A stretch of DNA of 64,000 nucleotides from Candidatus Methanoperedenaceae archaeon (GTDB taxonomy: Archaea > Halobacteriota > Methanosarcinia > Methanosarcinales > Methanoperedenaceae): positions 96,001 through 160,000 of the forward strand of contig CAVWCX010000036.1 in the NCBI GenBank assembly GCA_963753595.1, read 5' to 3'. This document shows, one piece after another, positions 39,715 to 49,841 of this stretch (its first letter is position 1; every line of letters starts with the position of its first letter). The notes under the pieces were generated by a model. The model saw only the letters and a list, made by a program, of their open reading frames with translations, was not told the origin of the DNA and ran no database searches. The translations under genes and the position numbers were made by a program.

Positions 39715-40008
39715 GTGAGAATTACAGATATATTAAAGATGTACAACGTTGAGGAATTTAAAAAGCTGTATCCAGAGATGTTTCCACGAACAACGCCAAC
39801 AGACATTATTATAGGCGTGCTTATTTTATCTCTTCTTTTTATTATCCCCTATCTTTACATCAGGTTCCTGGAGGACAGGGTGATCTCATTCCTGGGAAAC
39901 AGGCTTATCCCTTTTATAGAATTCAAGTTGAGATTGAAAAGGATCATAGATCTTGTTCATCAAATACTTGAAATGTCGGTTTTTGGAAATCCCAGGTCAA
40001 GGATATAA
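39715..40008 (+). CDS. Small membrane protein
   Basis: One TM helix (IIIGVLILSLLFIIPYLYI). Confidence 0.45.
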   Translation: MRITDILKMYNVEEFKKLYPEMFPRTTPTDIIIGVLILSLLFIIPYLYIRFLEDRVISFLGNRLIPFIEFKLRLKRIIDLVHQILEMSVFGNPRSRI

Positions 40009-40036
40009 ATCATTTAAAAAAAAGAAGGGAGAGGTA

Positions 40037-40924
40037 TCATAGACCTCTCTTGAATTTATCAAACCAGAATTTCACAGACGATGCTGCGGTGTCAAACTTC
40101 CTGGCAGTCGCTCTTAAACTGAGACCGTCCTTGAAAGCGTCTCTCAGATTCTGTCGGTCAGCTTCACTGAAGGTCCTATGGTGCTTCATGGGGCTATCAT
40201 CTGTAACTTTACGAACGAAAGTAGGGGAATGCCCGGTAAGTTTCGCGACTTCAGTATTATTGAAGCCTTTTTCCTTCAACTCTCTTATACGATCTCTTTC
40301 TTCCAGTGAAACTTTTAAGAATTTTCTGGTCGATAGATTTTCGTGCGTTACCGACATGATGATATTACGGATCACGTCATGATGTCTGCCAAACTTCTTA
40401 CCGATCCTGGTTGAAGACATACCATTTCTATATAATTTCAGGATTTCTGTTTTAAGTTCATCCGTTACTGGTTTATGCCTCTCTCGTTTAATGTTGGTTT
40501 CCATGATCCTCATTGATTGATATATTTGAGAATCTGCAATGTCGTATTTTGTGACGATACTCTTGATAGACATTCCTGCAGTATAGTCAGAAATAATCTT
40601 ATTGCGTTTTTCATCTGATAGAGGGCGCCATCGTCTAATAGCGGGTCGGTCTATTCCCATGATCTTATAGGCAAGCATGTAAAGACGATATTGGATTTCG
40701 GATCCACTCTGTCGAATAATAAACGACGAAGGGTTTCCTCCTGCCAGAGTAATTCCTCTGACTCTCTTTACTTGCCACAAAGCCGGAGTTTTTGCTTCAT
40801 GCAAAGGGCTGCAGTGCTGTATATCCGACCAGGAAGCCTTGTAAACATCACCAAATTGGTCGAAAAGTTCTTCATGTGGTTCTGCGTAAGCTACGCTCGT
40901 GTAGGTTTTTACTAAGGGAAACAT
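40037..40924 (-). CDS. Protein with four tandem HTH-like repeats
   Basis: GMSIKSIVTKY, GMSSTRIGKKFG, GFNNTEVAKLTG and GLSLRATARKF. Confidence 0.75.
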   Translation of the reverse strand: MFPLVKTYTSVAYAEPHEELFDQFGDVYKASWSDIQHCSPLHEAKTPALWQVKRVRGITLAGGNPSSFIIRQSGSEIQYRLYMLAYKIMGIDRPAIRRWRPLSDEKRNKIISDYTAGMSIKSIVTKYDIADSQIYQSMRIMETNIKRERHKPVTDELKTEILKLYRNGMSSTRIGKKFGRHHDVIRNIIMSVTHENLSTRKFLKVSLEERDRIRELKEKGFNNTEVAKLTGHSPTFVRKVTDDSPMKHHRTFSEADRQNLRDAFKDGLSLRATARKFDTAASSVKFWFDKFKRGL

Positions 40925-40933
40925 ACATGCCTC

Positions 40934-41016
40934 ATTTGGAGATCGCAGGATTCCAAATCATGTGATCGCTTGCGATTTTGAGTTTTTAACTCACCAAAAT
41001 CAAATTTTATTTAAAA
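40934..41016 (-). promoter_or_regulatory. Class-2 promoter/leader, copy 1
   Basis: atttggagatcgcagga...ttaactcaccaaaatcaaattttatttaaaa, repeated at 41581..41661. Confidence 0.7.
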
Positions 41017-41030
41017 ATGAGGCGTTCACT

Positions 41031-41112
41031 GCTTCCGCCGCAACAGCGGCGCGCTACCCATCCGCAGATGGCGCAACACATGCTGATCAGGGTCTGGGTG
41101 AAACCCAGCGCT
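41031..41112. other. Conserved three-hairpin structured element, copy 1
   Basis: GCCGC-aaca-GCGGC, CCATC-cgca-GATGG and CTGGGT-gaa-ACCCAG; second copy at 45335..45415. Confidence 0.65.
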
Positions 41113-41206
41113 CATCTTGTGGAATTGCAGAAAAATCGAGACGGAACCGAAAAAAAGAAAAAGGGAATCTTGAACGCGCCTGAGGCGATACATCAAATAA
41201 ATGGGA

Positions 41207-41356
41207 TCATTTCTCCACCTCCCTGACATATTGACTGACAGCCTCAGCCACCATCGCTGTTATCGGTTTTCTGGATTTCATTTTCATCCGATACATGGCA
41301 GCCATATCTTCTTCGGATATCTTATTGCCGACCCAGGTATAACGGGGATAGCTCAT
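41207..41356 (-). CDS. Small RHH-like protein (49 aa, MSYPRYTWVGNKISEEDM...MVAEAVSQYV)
   Basis: Hand-translated; ATGA-coupled to 41353..41580. Confidence 0.55.
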   Translation of the reverse strand: MSYPRYTWVGNKISEEDMAAMYRMKMKSRKPITAMVAEAVSQYVREVEK

Positions 41357-41580
41357 AGTCGTTCGCCTGCATCCTTCAGTTGCTGTTCGATTTCCCTCAT
41401 CTCATCGACATAATCCCACCAAGCTTCCATCGATGACGGATCCAGTGGGCTGACTAGAGGAGCTTCCCTGGCGCGTTTAATGAAATGTTCTCTAATCTTT
41501 TCCCGCTCTGTCTGAGCGAAAGTTATTTTTGATTTTGGTTCTATAGACATTCTTACAACTCCTAACAAGTTGTAGCGCAC
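41353..41580 (-). CDS. Hypothetical protein
   Basis: Likely start MSIEPKS at about 41550, after AGGAG. Confidence 0.5.
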   Translation of the reverse strand: MRYNLLGVVRMSIEPKSKITFAQTEREKIREHFIKRAREAPLVSPLDPSSMEAWWDYVDEMREIEQQLKDAGERL

Positions 41581-41661
41581 ATTTGGCGATCGCAGGATCG
41601 AGCTCCTGCGACTGCTTGCGCTATTGAGATTTTAACTCACCAAAATCAATTTTATTTAAAA
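41581..41661 (-). promoter_or_regulatory. Class-2 promoter/leader, copy 2
   Basis: Repeat of 40934..41016. Confidence 0.7.
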
Positions 41662-42289
41662 TTCACCTGTTGCATGCGGATTGCATCCTGCAAGAGCAAT
41701 TAAAATAAGAATAGACTATAAAAATAAATCAGCTTTTTCGCGTCAGGACATGAACAGGGAGACAATTCTTCATGGCGCCTGCGGCGATAACCCGGAGCAT
41801 AAAATAGTGTGGTGAGGGCAACAGCCTGAAAGCCTGCAACTGCAGGCGTCCCGCACGGAGCAAAGCGACAGATCACCAGATGGCTGCCATCCGAAAACCC
41901 GGCGAGTATAATCCATAAAACCCAGCATGCCCATAGTCCCAGAAATTCCCGCCGGAATCTTCAGCTTAATTCAGCGCGCCTGCAGTATGTAGGAAATTAA
42001 CGAAGGCATAATGAGGCATTGATGAATGAAGTCATAGACCGTGGTAGGCTTAATATCAATATCCTCCAGCTGCCAAGATATAATTCACTCCCTGCCCGGT
42101 CATATCAAGAGTTCCACGCGCGCCCATGTGTAGTGAACTGGTTCACTCTGAGAATGATAAGATTTCCGGATCGGGTGATATTTGATCTAGCACAAATGCC
42201 GGGATAGGAAACCCCAAAATTATACGTACAGGTTTTTTTTTCGATGCTTATATATATATTGGAAATATAATAACATGATGGTGATTTAG

Positions 42290-42568
42290 ATGATGAAGGT
42301 TCAAAGAAACAAAGCAATAAATATATTAATAGATAGTCTCGACCAATTTCATGAAGACAATTCCGTTAAGAAAATACAACAAAATTTAAAGACTATGCGG
42401 CCAGGTCAAGAATTAACCGAAGCTGAGGTTAACGCTATTTTCATAGGGCCATCAGGAGGCGATTGGGCAGAAAAAACACCGAGTTCGGATGATCCCAAAC
42501 ATGGTATCAAAGGAATATGTGCAATGATAAAGGAAAAAATGTTTAAGAAGGTCAGTTTAACAAAATAG
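42290..42568 (+). CDS. Hypothetical protein
   Basis: 92 aa with GGTGA SD and an upstream TATA box. Confidence 0.55.
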   Translation: MMKVQRNKAINILIDSLDQFHEDNSVKKIQQNLKTMRPGQELTEAEVNAIFIGPSGGDWAEKTPSSDDPKHGIKGICAMIKEKMFKKVSLTK

Positions 42569-42765
42569 ATTTGACATTGAGTCCAATGGTTTATTTGAGA
42601 ATGTCATTTCCTATATAATAAGCCTTTAAAAAGATACAATACTACAATTTTACCACAAAAAAGTAGTATCAAACCTATCTTAGATTTTTGAACAAATTGA
42701 AACCCGGTAGGAAAACACCAGAATCGCTCTTGTATCCCATAACACAGTTGCAAAATGAAAGATTA

Positions 42766-43332
42766 TTAAAGCAGACCTACTCCATCAAGTTCGATAACTA
42801 TTTTCTCGACTGCTGCTTCTGTCTCCTCTGGTTTCTTGCCGCCTGTTATCACAATTTTACCAGAACCGAACAATAGCAGTACCACTTTGGGACTGGACAT
42901 CCTGTAAACAAGACCTGGGAATTGCTCAGGTTCATATTCAATATTCTCAAGCCCAAGACCGATAGCAACTGCATTGAGGTTGAGCACTCTTCCAAGATTT
43001 GCGGATGCAACGATATTCTGTATCTTAATTTCAGGCTTATCCACGATCTGGGTACCCATTTCCCTTAATTTCTCAAACACTTTTGTAAGACCTACGTCTA
43101 CATCGGCAATACTTTTCGCTCCTGTACAAACGATCTTGCCACTGCTGAAAATAAGCGCTGCGATTTTCGGGGATGTTGTCCTGTAAACAACACCAGGAAA
43201 TCTTTCTTTATTATACTCTGCTCCTTCAAAAACGGTGATGACTTGATTCAGGTCAAGTTTTGCTCCAATAGCCGTAGATGCAACAACATTTTCTATTTTT
43301 ATAGTCTTCTTTGGATCCATAGTATTTACCAT
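42766..43332 (-). CDS. tbp: TATA-binding protein, paralogue 1
   Basis: [41 protein letters not shown]; start set at MVNT by alignment with paralogue 2. Confidence 0.97.
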   Translation of the reverse strand: MVNTMDPKKTIKIENVVASTAIGAKLDLNQVITVFEGAEYNKERFPGVVYRTTSPKIAALIFSSGKIVCTGAKSIADVDVGLTKVFEKLREMGTQIVDKPEIKIQNIVASANLGRVLNLNAVAIGLGLENIEYEPEQFPGLVYRMSSPKVVLLLFGSGKIVITGGKKPEETEAAVEKIVIELDGVGLL

Positions 43333-43679
43333 ATATTCACCTTGATAGAGGGTATTTAAAGCTTTATAGGTTGGGATTTGCACATCCGGCGGCATAAAGT
43401 CAGCAAATGAATGGGCAGATGAGAACATTATAAGCTTCTAAAAGTTCATCACAGGCATGCAGTTTTTAAAAATTAGCATAATAATAACGGTTATAGTGAG
43501 CATAAATATTTTAAGGCACCTATATATATTCTTAAATTATTAATACTATTTTATATAGGATAAATCAATAGGCAATCCCTAACATCAGCAAGGATGGCGA
43601 GGCTCCTCTCGCCACTTGCTGCAAAATAGTTTGGTGAAGTGAATATGAAAAATCTTGAAATTAAACAGCTTGGGAAACA

Positions 43680-44378
43680 ATGAGTGATTATACACTTGGC
43701 ATTAAAGAATTGGATAATGCCATAGGCGGAATAAGAAAAGGCACAAATATCATGCTTATCGGTCCGCCAATGAGCCAAAAAGAAGTTATCCTGCACTACA
43801 TAATGTATCATGGAACAGCGATAAATGATAATGCAGTAATAGCAGTAACTACTCGTGAACCTGCGACAGACATTCTGGACTGGTTTAAAGAGAACAAAAT
43901 AGTACTTCCACTGTCAAGGATCGGGATTATTGACTGCATCACAAAATCGATTGGAGGAGCTGCATTTGAGACCGAAAACATCAAATTTGCCAGCAGTCCC
44001 CAGGATTTGACCGGAATAGGAGTACGGATAAGCCAGTTTTTGGAGGATTTCCTCATGAAAAAGAAAATCCCAAAAATCCAGCTTCACATCAATTCACTTT
44101 CTGCCATATTGATGTATTCAAATATCCAGACCGTTTTCAGGTTCATGCATGTTTTTACAGGGCGCATCAAGGCAGCCGAAGCTCTGGGAATATTTGTAGT
44201 GGATAGCGGCATGCATGACGATCCTACGATAGCGACCTTAAAACAACTTTTTGATGGTATCATTGAGATCAAAGAGGAAATTGACAAGAATTACATAAGA
44301 ACTGTCGGTCTGTCATCAAAACCTACTCCCTGGCTTGAATATGAGATCGAAGGAGGAAAACTGAGGATTAACCAATGA
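43680..44378 (+). CDS. RAD55/KaiC-like RecA-superfamily protein with degenerate Walker A
   Basis: LGIKELDNAIGGIRKGTNIMLIGPPMSQKE; TLKQLFDGIIE. Confidence 0.85.
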   Translation: MSDYTLGIKELDNAIGGIRKGTNIMLIGPPMSQKEVILHYIMYHGTAINDNAVIAVTTREPATDILDWFKENKIVLPLSRIGIIDCITKSIGGAAFETENIKFASSPQDLTGIGVRISQFLEDFLMKKKIPKIQLHINSLSAILMYSNIQTVFRFMHVFTGRIKAAEALGIFVVDSGMHDDPTIATLKQLFDGIIEIKEEIDKNYIRTVGLSSKPTPWLEYEIEGGKLRINQ

Positions 44379-44661
44379 ACGCTGAAGATGAATCAAGTTT
44401 GCGATGAATTCTTCCGACAGGAAAATGCTGATCCTCTCACCTGGATGGCTTACATAAGAAAACACGGCGGGTATAAGTTCACAAAACCCGGACAGCCTTT
44501 AGTTAAAGAAATTCCCACCCTCAACAAACGGCGCGGTACCCCCTGCAAGACGAAACACCCATGCCGCATTAACACCCATCGGTTCGGGGCGCGCCTGCAG
44601 TCCATTGCATGAGGGTGAGGATGATAAGAACAAAGGGAAACAAGGGAAGAAATCAAGATTA

Positions 44662-45228
44662 TTAAAGCAGACCTAATCCATCAAGTTCTATAACAACCTT
44701 CTCCACTGCCACTTCTGCATCCTCTGGCTTCTTGCCGCCTGTTATCACAATTTTGCCAGAGCTAAACAATAGTAATACCACTTTGGGGACGGCCATCCTG
44801 TAGACAAGACCGGGGAATTGCTCAGGTTCATATTCTATATTCTCAAGCCCAAGACCGATAGCAACTGCATTGAGGTTGAGTACTCTTCCAAGATTAGCGG
44901 ATGCAACGATATTCTGTACCTTAATTTCAGGATTTTCCGGGATCATGGCACCCATTTCTCTTAATTTATTAAATACCTTTGAAAGACCAGTGTTTACATC
45001 GGCAATACTTTTTGCTCCTGTACAAACGATCTTGCCGCTGCCGAAAATAAGCGATGCTGTTTTAGGGGATTTTGCCCTGTAAACAACACCAGGGAATTTT
45101 TCTTTGTTATATTCTGCTCCTTCAAAAACAGTGATGACTTGATTCAGGTCAAGTTTTGCTCCAGTAGCCGTAGATGCAACAATATTTTCTATTTTTATAG
45201 AATTTTTAGGTTCCGTAGTATTTACCAT
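44662..45228 (-). CDS. tbp: TATA-binding protein, paralogue 2
   Basis: 188 aa with the same TBP motifs. Confidence 0.97.
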   Translation of the reverse strand: MVNTTEPKNSIKIENIVASTATGAKLDLNQVITVFEGAEYNKEKFPGVVYRAKSPKTASLIFGSGKIVCTGAKSIADVNTGLSKVFNKLREMGAMIPENPEIKVQNIVASANLGRVLNLNAVAIGLGLENIEYEPEQFPGLVYRMAVPKVVLLLFSSGKIVITGGKKPEDAEVAVEKVVIELDGLGLL

Positions 45229-45334
45229 ATTCTCCCCTTATTATAGGGTATTTAAAGCTTATATGTTGGGATGCATCTTCCGGATTGCCACACAATTCTC
45301 TCAAAGTATCTGGAACCATGAAAACAAGCCCGCT

Positions 45335-45415
45335 GCTCCCGCCGTCAGCAGACGGCGCGCCGCCCCTGCGAGGCGCAACACACGTAGACCAGGGGTCTGG
45401 GTGAAACCCAGCGCT
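45335..45415. other. Conserved three-hairpin structured element, copy 2
   Basis: GCCGTC-agca-GACGGC, CCT-gcg-AGG and CTGGGT-gaa-ACCCAG; 23 nt identical to copy 1. Confidence 0.65.
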
Positions 45416-45835
45416 GGTATGAAGAAGATTGTATGAGTAGCGGGAATATGAACAAAAGGCGGCCCAGGTAGTCTGTGATTCAGGGTTACAATAGGAGTTA
45501 GATGAATCCTCCCGAATCGGACCGCCATTCATAAGAAGGCTACAAAGTATATTAATATTACTATTGCGTTATCTAAGAAATACTAATAAACCACATGGGG
45601 ATAGACGGCTCCACAAAAAGCACTGGTGCAAAACAGCCAACACCACAGCGCATACTACAGCCGGGAAAATTCAAATAAACCCGTGTAGAACCGTCACCTT
45701 AGTACAAGTGCACATACTATATTAATATTACTATAGTACTACATTGGTATTATATAATTTCCCGGGCGATGGGTGCGTCGCTCCGCGAGAGATGAGCTCA
45801 GCATGCCATATTCGATTGATGATGCATGCTCCTAT

Positions 45836-46215
45836 GGGTGGGCTATAACTATTATCGACCACGAACTCGATGGACTCAGGCGCGCCCTAGGGAAAGACTG
45901 AGATTATACTGCAAGGGTTTCCCCAGCCCTTGTGATATGCATGTGCTCCGCGCGCCCTGAGAAGGACTGATCTCAGATATGCAATGGTGATTTTTTCCCC
46001 GCCCCTGTGATATGCATGCCCTCAGGGGCTGTGAACTATCTTCGATCAAGAACTTGATGGACTCCTGCGCGCGCTGGGAGAGACAGAGATTATACTGCAA
46101 TGGTGATATTGCTGCCAGCTCCTATGGTATACATGGATACAGCGCGCCCAAGGAAAGACCGATATCAGGGCTGCTATGGTGAATCGACCCCGCCCCCGTG
46201 ATATACATGAGTCCT
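45836..46215. repeat. Degenerate higher-order tandem repeat (two ~190-bp units, each with two ~70-bp subunits)
   Basis: Subunits start GCGCGCCC/GCGCGCGC..GAAAGAC at about 45880, 45950, 46067 and 46142; GAACTYGATGGACTC precedes units 1 and 3. Confidence 0.65.
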
Positions 46216-46449
46216 TCGCCCCATCACGATGCTTATGTGTACGCGAATGGTTATGAACTGAAAATCATTCGCCAGGTTACGAATATCTTCAGGCGGGGGG
46301 GTTTAGGCGAGGTTGGGGCGACTTCTTTTTGATTATGGTGTTAGGTGGAATTGCAACATTTTTTGATGAACATTAAATTTTGGAAGCTTTATTTATTGAT
46401 TCCCTTATAAAGAGGCCAGTTTGATGCCACTAAGGTCGTCAGAATCAAC

Positions 46450-47200
46450 TCTCGTGATATCAGGGGGCATTATGCCGACTTCTCGATACCATGTGATATC
46501 ACCATTTATCCTCGATATCACGCGATATCATACCTACCCCCTGATATCGTGTGATATCACCCTTTACACCCTGATATCACTCGATACCATGTATGTCCTC
46601 CGATATCAGGAACGTCCCCTCCCCATGTAGTGATATTTATCCTGCACTCAGCTCATCTCAGTACCCATCTCTGCTTAGTTGGAGATCCATAGAGGAAACT
46701 ACCTGTAAATTCCACCTTTGTCATATGGTTATTTGTTCGTGTAAATCCGAACAAATATGGCGGATGGGCATATAATGAAATTTGGATTTGTGATATCAGG
46801 GTAAAAGTAGTGATATCACAGTAAGGGGTGAAATTTGGCAAATATAGGGGGATAGATAGTGGTTTAAGGATTGGTGTTGTGAGGTATAGTAGCTATTTCT
46901 GTTGTTTATACAAACAAGAATTAAACGGTATCAAGAGAGAGTATTTTTGCATAAACACGTTGTTTGTGATATCACGGAGTTGGTGTGATATCAGCAAAAT
47001 TTCGTGATATCAGGGTAAATTGTGTGATATCACAGTACATATCTATTTATACTATACCAACCAATATAAAAACGTTTGAGGGGATGTTAATAGAGCATCT
47101 GAATGACCAGAGGCTATAGATAGCGTTTTTGTTTAATTCACATATCAAAAATATATATCATCTCGTGCTTGCGATATCACACCTTTTCCTGTGATATCGC
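46450..47200. repeat. Field of about 16 GATATC-core palindromes (consensus GTGATATCAC); putative origin iterons or centromere-like site
   Basis: Counted by eye; many spaced about 10 or 20 bp apart; non-coding with AT-rich stretches. Confidence 0.8.
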
Positions 47201-47530
47201 AATTAAAAAATAGCCATATAGCCCTTTTGGATTTTTCTCCAATGGAAATAAAGGTAAACAATAATCCACAAGAATCCTTAAATTATCAATCTTCATGGAA
47301 GGACTATTCTTCAACTTTCACCAGGAACCCATAGAAGTTCTTAGGAGTATAACCTCTATTGGACTGAAGTGAATCTGCCAGAATAAGCTCTCAATCGGGT
47401 TTTCAGCGATCCTTGTGAGATATGGCCACTATTCTTCCATGTAACTCGGACATGTTGCCCCACTCAAATCGCTCATGTCCTTGTTGGCACATTTGCCTGA
47501 CGAACTCATTAAGAATATCTTCCTGACCCA

Positions 47531-47806
47531 TTATGGAATCGCTCTGCTCAGTCTGATCTCCTCATGATGGCGCTCTACCATCATCCTGGTACACTCTTCA
47601 CCGTTAGGCTCATGGTCTGGTTTGGAACCGCAGAATGGACAACAATAATTTGTCACATCCACAAACCCATAATCCTTACTAATAGCATCTCGCATTTCAT
47701 CTATTGTTGAAAATGAGAAACCAAATCTGTCAGAGCCATCTATATCAAGATGGAGCTTCCCATCATCTTCTTTTCTGTAGTTAAGCATCGTTTGCATAGC
47801 GCTCAT
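47531..47806 (-). CDS. Hypothetical protein with CPFCG motif
   Basis: Coupled to the upstream ORF. Confidence 0.55.
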   Translation of the reverse strand: MSAMQTMLNYRKEDDGKLHLDIDGSDRFGFSFSTIDEMRDAISKDYGFVDVTNYCCPFCGSKPDHEPNGEECTRMMVERHHEEIRLSRAIP

Positions 47807-49254
47807 TCCTCCATGAGTCCTGAGCCAGTGCTGGTAGCTGTCATTTGCACCTGGATCATAGGCTCAGCCGCTCTCTTTGAGCGGACTGGCCATTTATGCT
47901 TTGGTTTCATGGCAATGCCTTCCTTAGCGTCCTTGAGAATCAGATAGCCTGTAAGCACCCTCTTCTGACGCTCTATTTCGCGCTTTGCACTATAGAAGTT
48001 GCGCTCACTTTTTGTGACGACAGTACTGGACTGCACTAAGATTGTATTCTTAGCGCGCAACTCTTCCACTGAATCTCCGGTTACTTTGGACATCATCTTG
48101 AGTTCTTTTTCGAACTGCTCTTCATTTCTGACGTTTATGAGTGTGGGATATTCCTCAGTCCGTATGATAGCGATATCGCGCCTTATCCTGGTTGTCACCT
48201 CACGTTCTTCGAGTGTGAAGGTGAACTTGTGGGTATCTGGATTCCAGTGCCATTTTCTGTTAAGCTCTTTGTGGGTATCATTCGTGTAATATGTTTCGAA
48301 TCCAGAGATCACGCGGCGAGTCCTGGTGACTGACACCCAGTTGGGTTTTGGCATTTCAAAGCACTGTTTCTTGATATCGCTGTGATCATTGATATCCATG
48401 AACACGGTATCATCGTTTCCGTTGGATTCTGCAAGATCCATTCGCCAATCATCGGGGAATGCACATTCATCATATCCGGAACTATCTTCTGTGCGGTCAT
48501 GACTGAACGCCACTTCTGGCACCAATCTTGGATTTGAATCCTGGTAAACCCTGACAGGTTCACCCGCTTTGTTGGTATCATAACGAAGGAACTTGCCATC
48601 ATTTCGATTGAATGTAGGCAGCGTTGATATCCTCCAGATCTTCGCAGGTCGGTTTCGTTTCTCGAACTCATCAAGTTTCTTGCGCAATGAATTCCAATAC
48701 GGGGTTTGCTTTTTATTGGCGGGAGTAACTATTAATCCACGATGCTTGTTATGCCTGGAGCACAACGAGCACATTTTCTGGACAGGGAGCTTACACGCTT
48801 TTTTTGAAGGATCTATATCCCTGCACATTATGCATGAGTGAGGCACTTCAGGACTCACAGTTTGTCTGATTGATGCAACCTCCATTTCGTGCAGTTTCTT
48901 AGCCCGTTCGTCCCATTTTGCTTTACTGAATGGGGTCTGCCAATAAGCGCGGTGAGGGGATGCTTTACCGAGATCGGGTTTATACCTCATGCCATAATTG
49001 TTTCCTTCACAAAACCCAGCGCCTGGGCACGGTTCTTTTTGTTCATATACAGGAAGAAGACACGCATCGCCGTCATGGGACTCTGAAAAAGGCAGCCGGG
49101 TATGTACGTCATGTTTTATCTGATGCTCACCAGTGACGGGTTCAGGATAGTAGTTCCAGCTCATCACGAACCTGTATGTTTCAGCAGTCATCTGCACTTG
49201 GGCATTCTCATCGGATTTGATGTCATTTGTTGTTTGTTTTTTTATATTTGACAT
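47803..49254 (-). CDS. Large hypothetical Cys-cluster protein
   Basis: Start reassigned to MSNIKK at 49254 (AGGAG SD and class-1 promoter upstream); CIMC...C...CSLC. Confidence 0.7.
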   Translation of the reverse strand: MSNIKKQTTNDIKSDENAQVQMTAETYRFVMSWNYYPEPVTGEHQIKHDVHTRLPFSESHDGDACLLPVYEQKEPCPGAGFCEGNNYGMRYKPDLGKASPHRAYWQTPFSKAKWDERAKKLHEMEVASIRQTVSPEVPHSCIMCRDIDPSKKACKLPVQKMCSLCSRHNKHRGLIVTPANKKQTPYWNSLRKKLDEFEKRNRPAKIWRISTLPTFNRNDGKFLRYDTNKAGEPVRVYQDSNPRLVPEVAFSHDRTEDSSGYDECAFPDDWRMDLAESNGNDDTVFMDINDHSDIKKQCFEMPKPNWVSVTRTRRVISGFETYYTNDTHKELNRKWHWNPDTHKFTFTLEEREVTTRIRRDIAIIRTEEYPTLINVRNEEQFEKELKMMSKVTGDSVEELRAKNTILVQSSTVVTKSERNFYSAKREIERQKRVLTGYLILKDAKEGIAMKPKHKWPVRSKRAAEPMIQVQMTATSTGSGLMEE

Positions 49255-49268
49255 AGTGTTCAACTCCT

Positions 49269-49314
49269 GAACTATCGAACTCGATAATTCACCCGTGATA
49301 ATTTTATTTAAAAT
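49269..49314 (-). promoter_or_regulatory. Class-1 promoter/palindrome cassette, copy 3
   Basis: GAACTATCGA-ac-TCGATAATTC followed by AATTTTATTTAAAA. Confidence 0.7.
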
Positions 49315-49841
49315 CAGCACTGATGTTGCCAGCCCTGCGGCGCCTGAGCGTGTTCAGAGGGTTGTTCTCAAAAACAGTTTTATTTTGTGTGGGTAGTTAT
49401 CCTGATATAAAATATATTTATAATAAAAAATTATTAGCTTGAAATCTTTCGAAAGATTTATTCCCTATAGAAATAATAGAATTACATAACAGCTTATAAA
49501 AGTAAAAGAATTCACTTCTTTAGGCAAAAACATCATCTACAGGCCCCGTACTATTTGTCCGGGGTATACCGGTGACTGCGTGCTGCGTCCGTTTTCATGC
49601 ATCCATTTTTTGCTTACTACGGGTACGCATACGTAAAATCAAATACCAATACATTTATAACTCTAAAAAAACATTTCTTGATAAAAGGAGATGACAGTAA
49701 AAAATAAACTGAATTGTAAAGTAAAATCAATTAAGATTTTACCCTACATACAAAAGCACTAGCACTCTTTTGTATGCTTTAGAGGTAATAATCTTTTCGG
49801 ATGGGCTTAGCGAATCTAAAATATACAAAGGTGAATAATTT

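Noticed and set aside
42766-43428. N-terminally extended 220-aa TBP
   Set aside because: The extension runs through the promoter shared with tbp2; alignment supports a start at 43332.
41974-44601. 13-bp repeat GCGCGCCTGCAGT at 41974 and 44589
   Set aside because: Short, with no extended flanking similarity; cannot be distinguished from chance or decayed duplication.
45836-47200. CRISPR array
   Set aside because: No constant repeat with unique equal-length spacers, and no cas genes.
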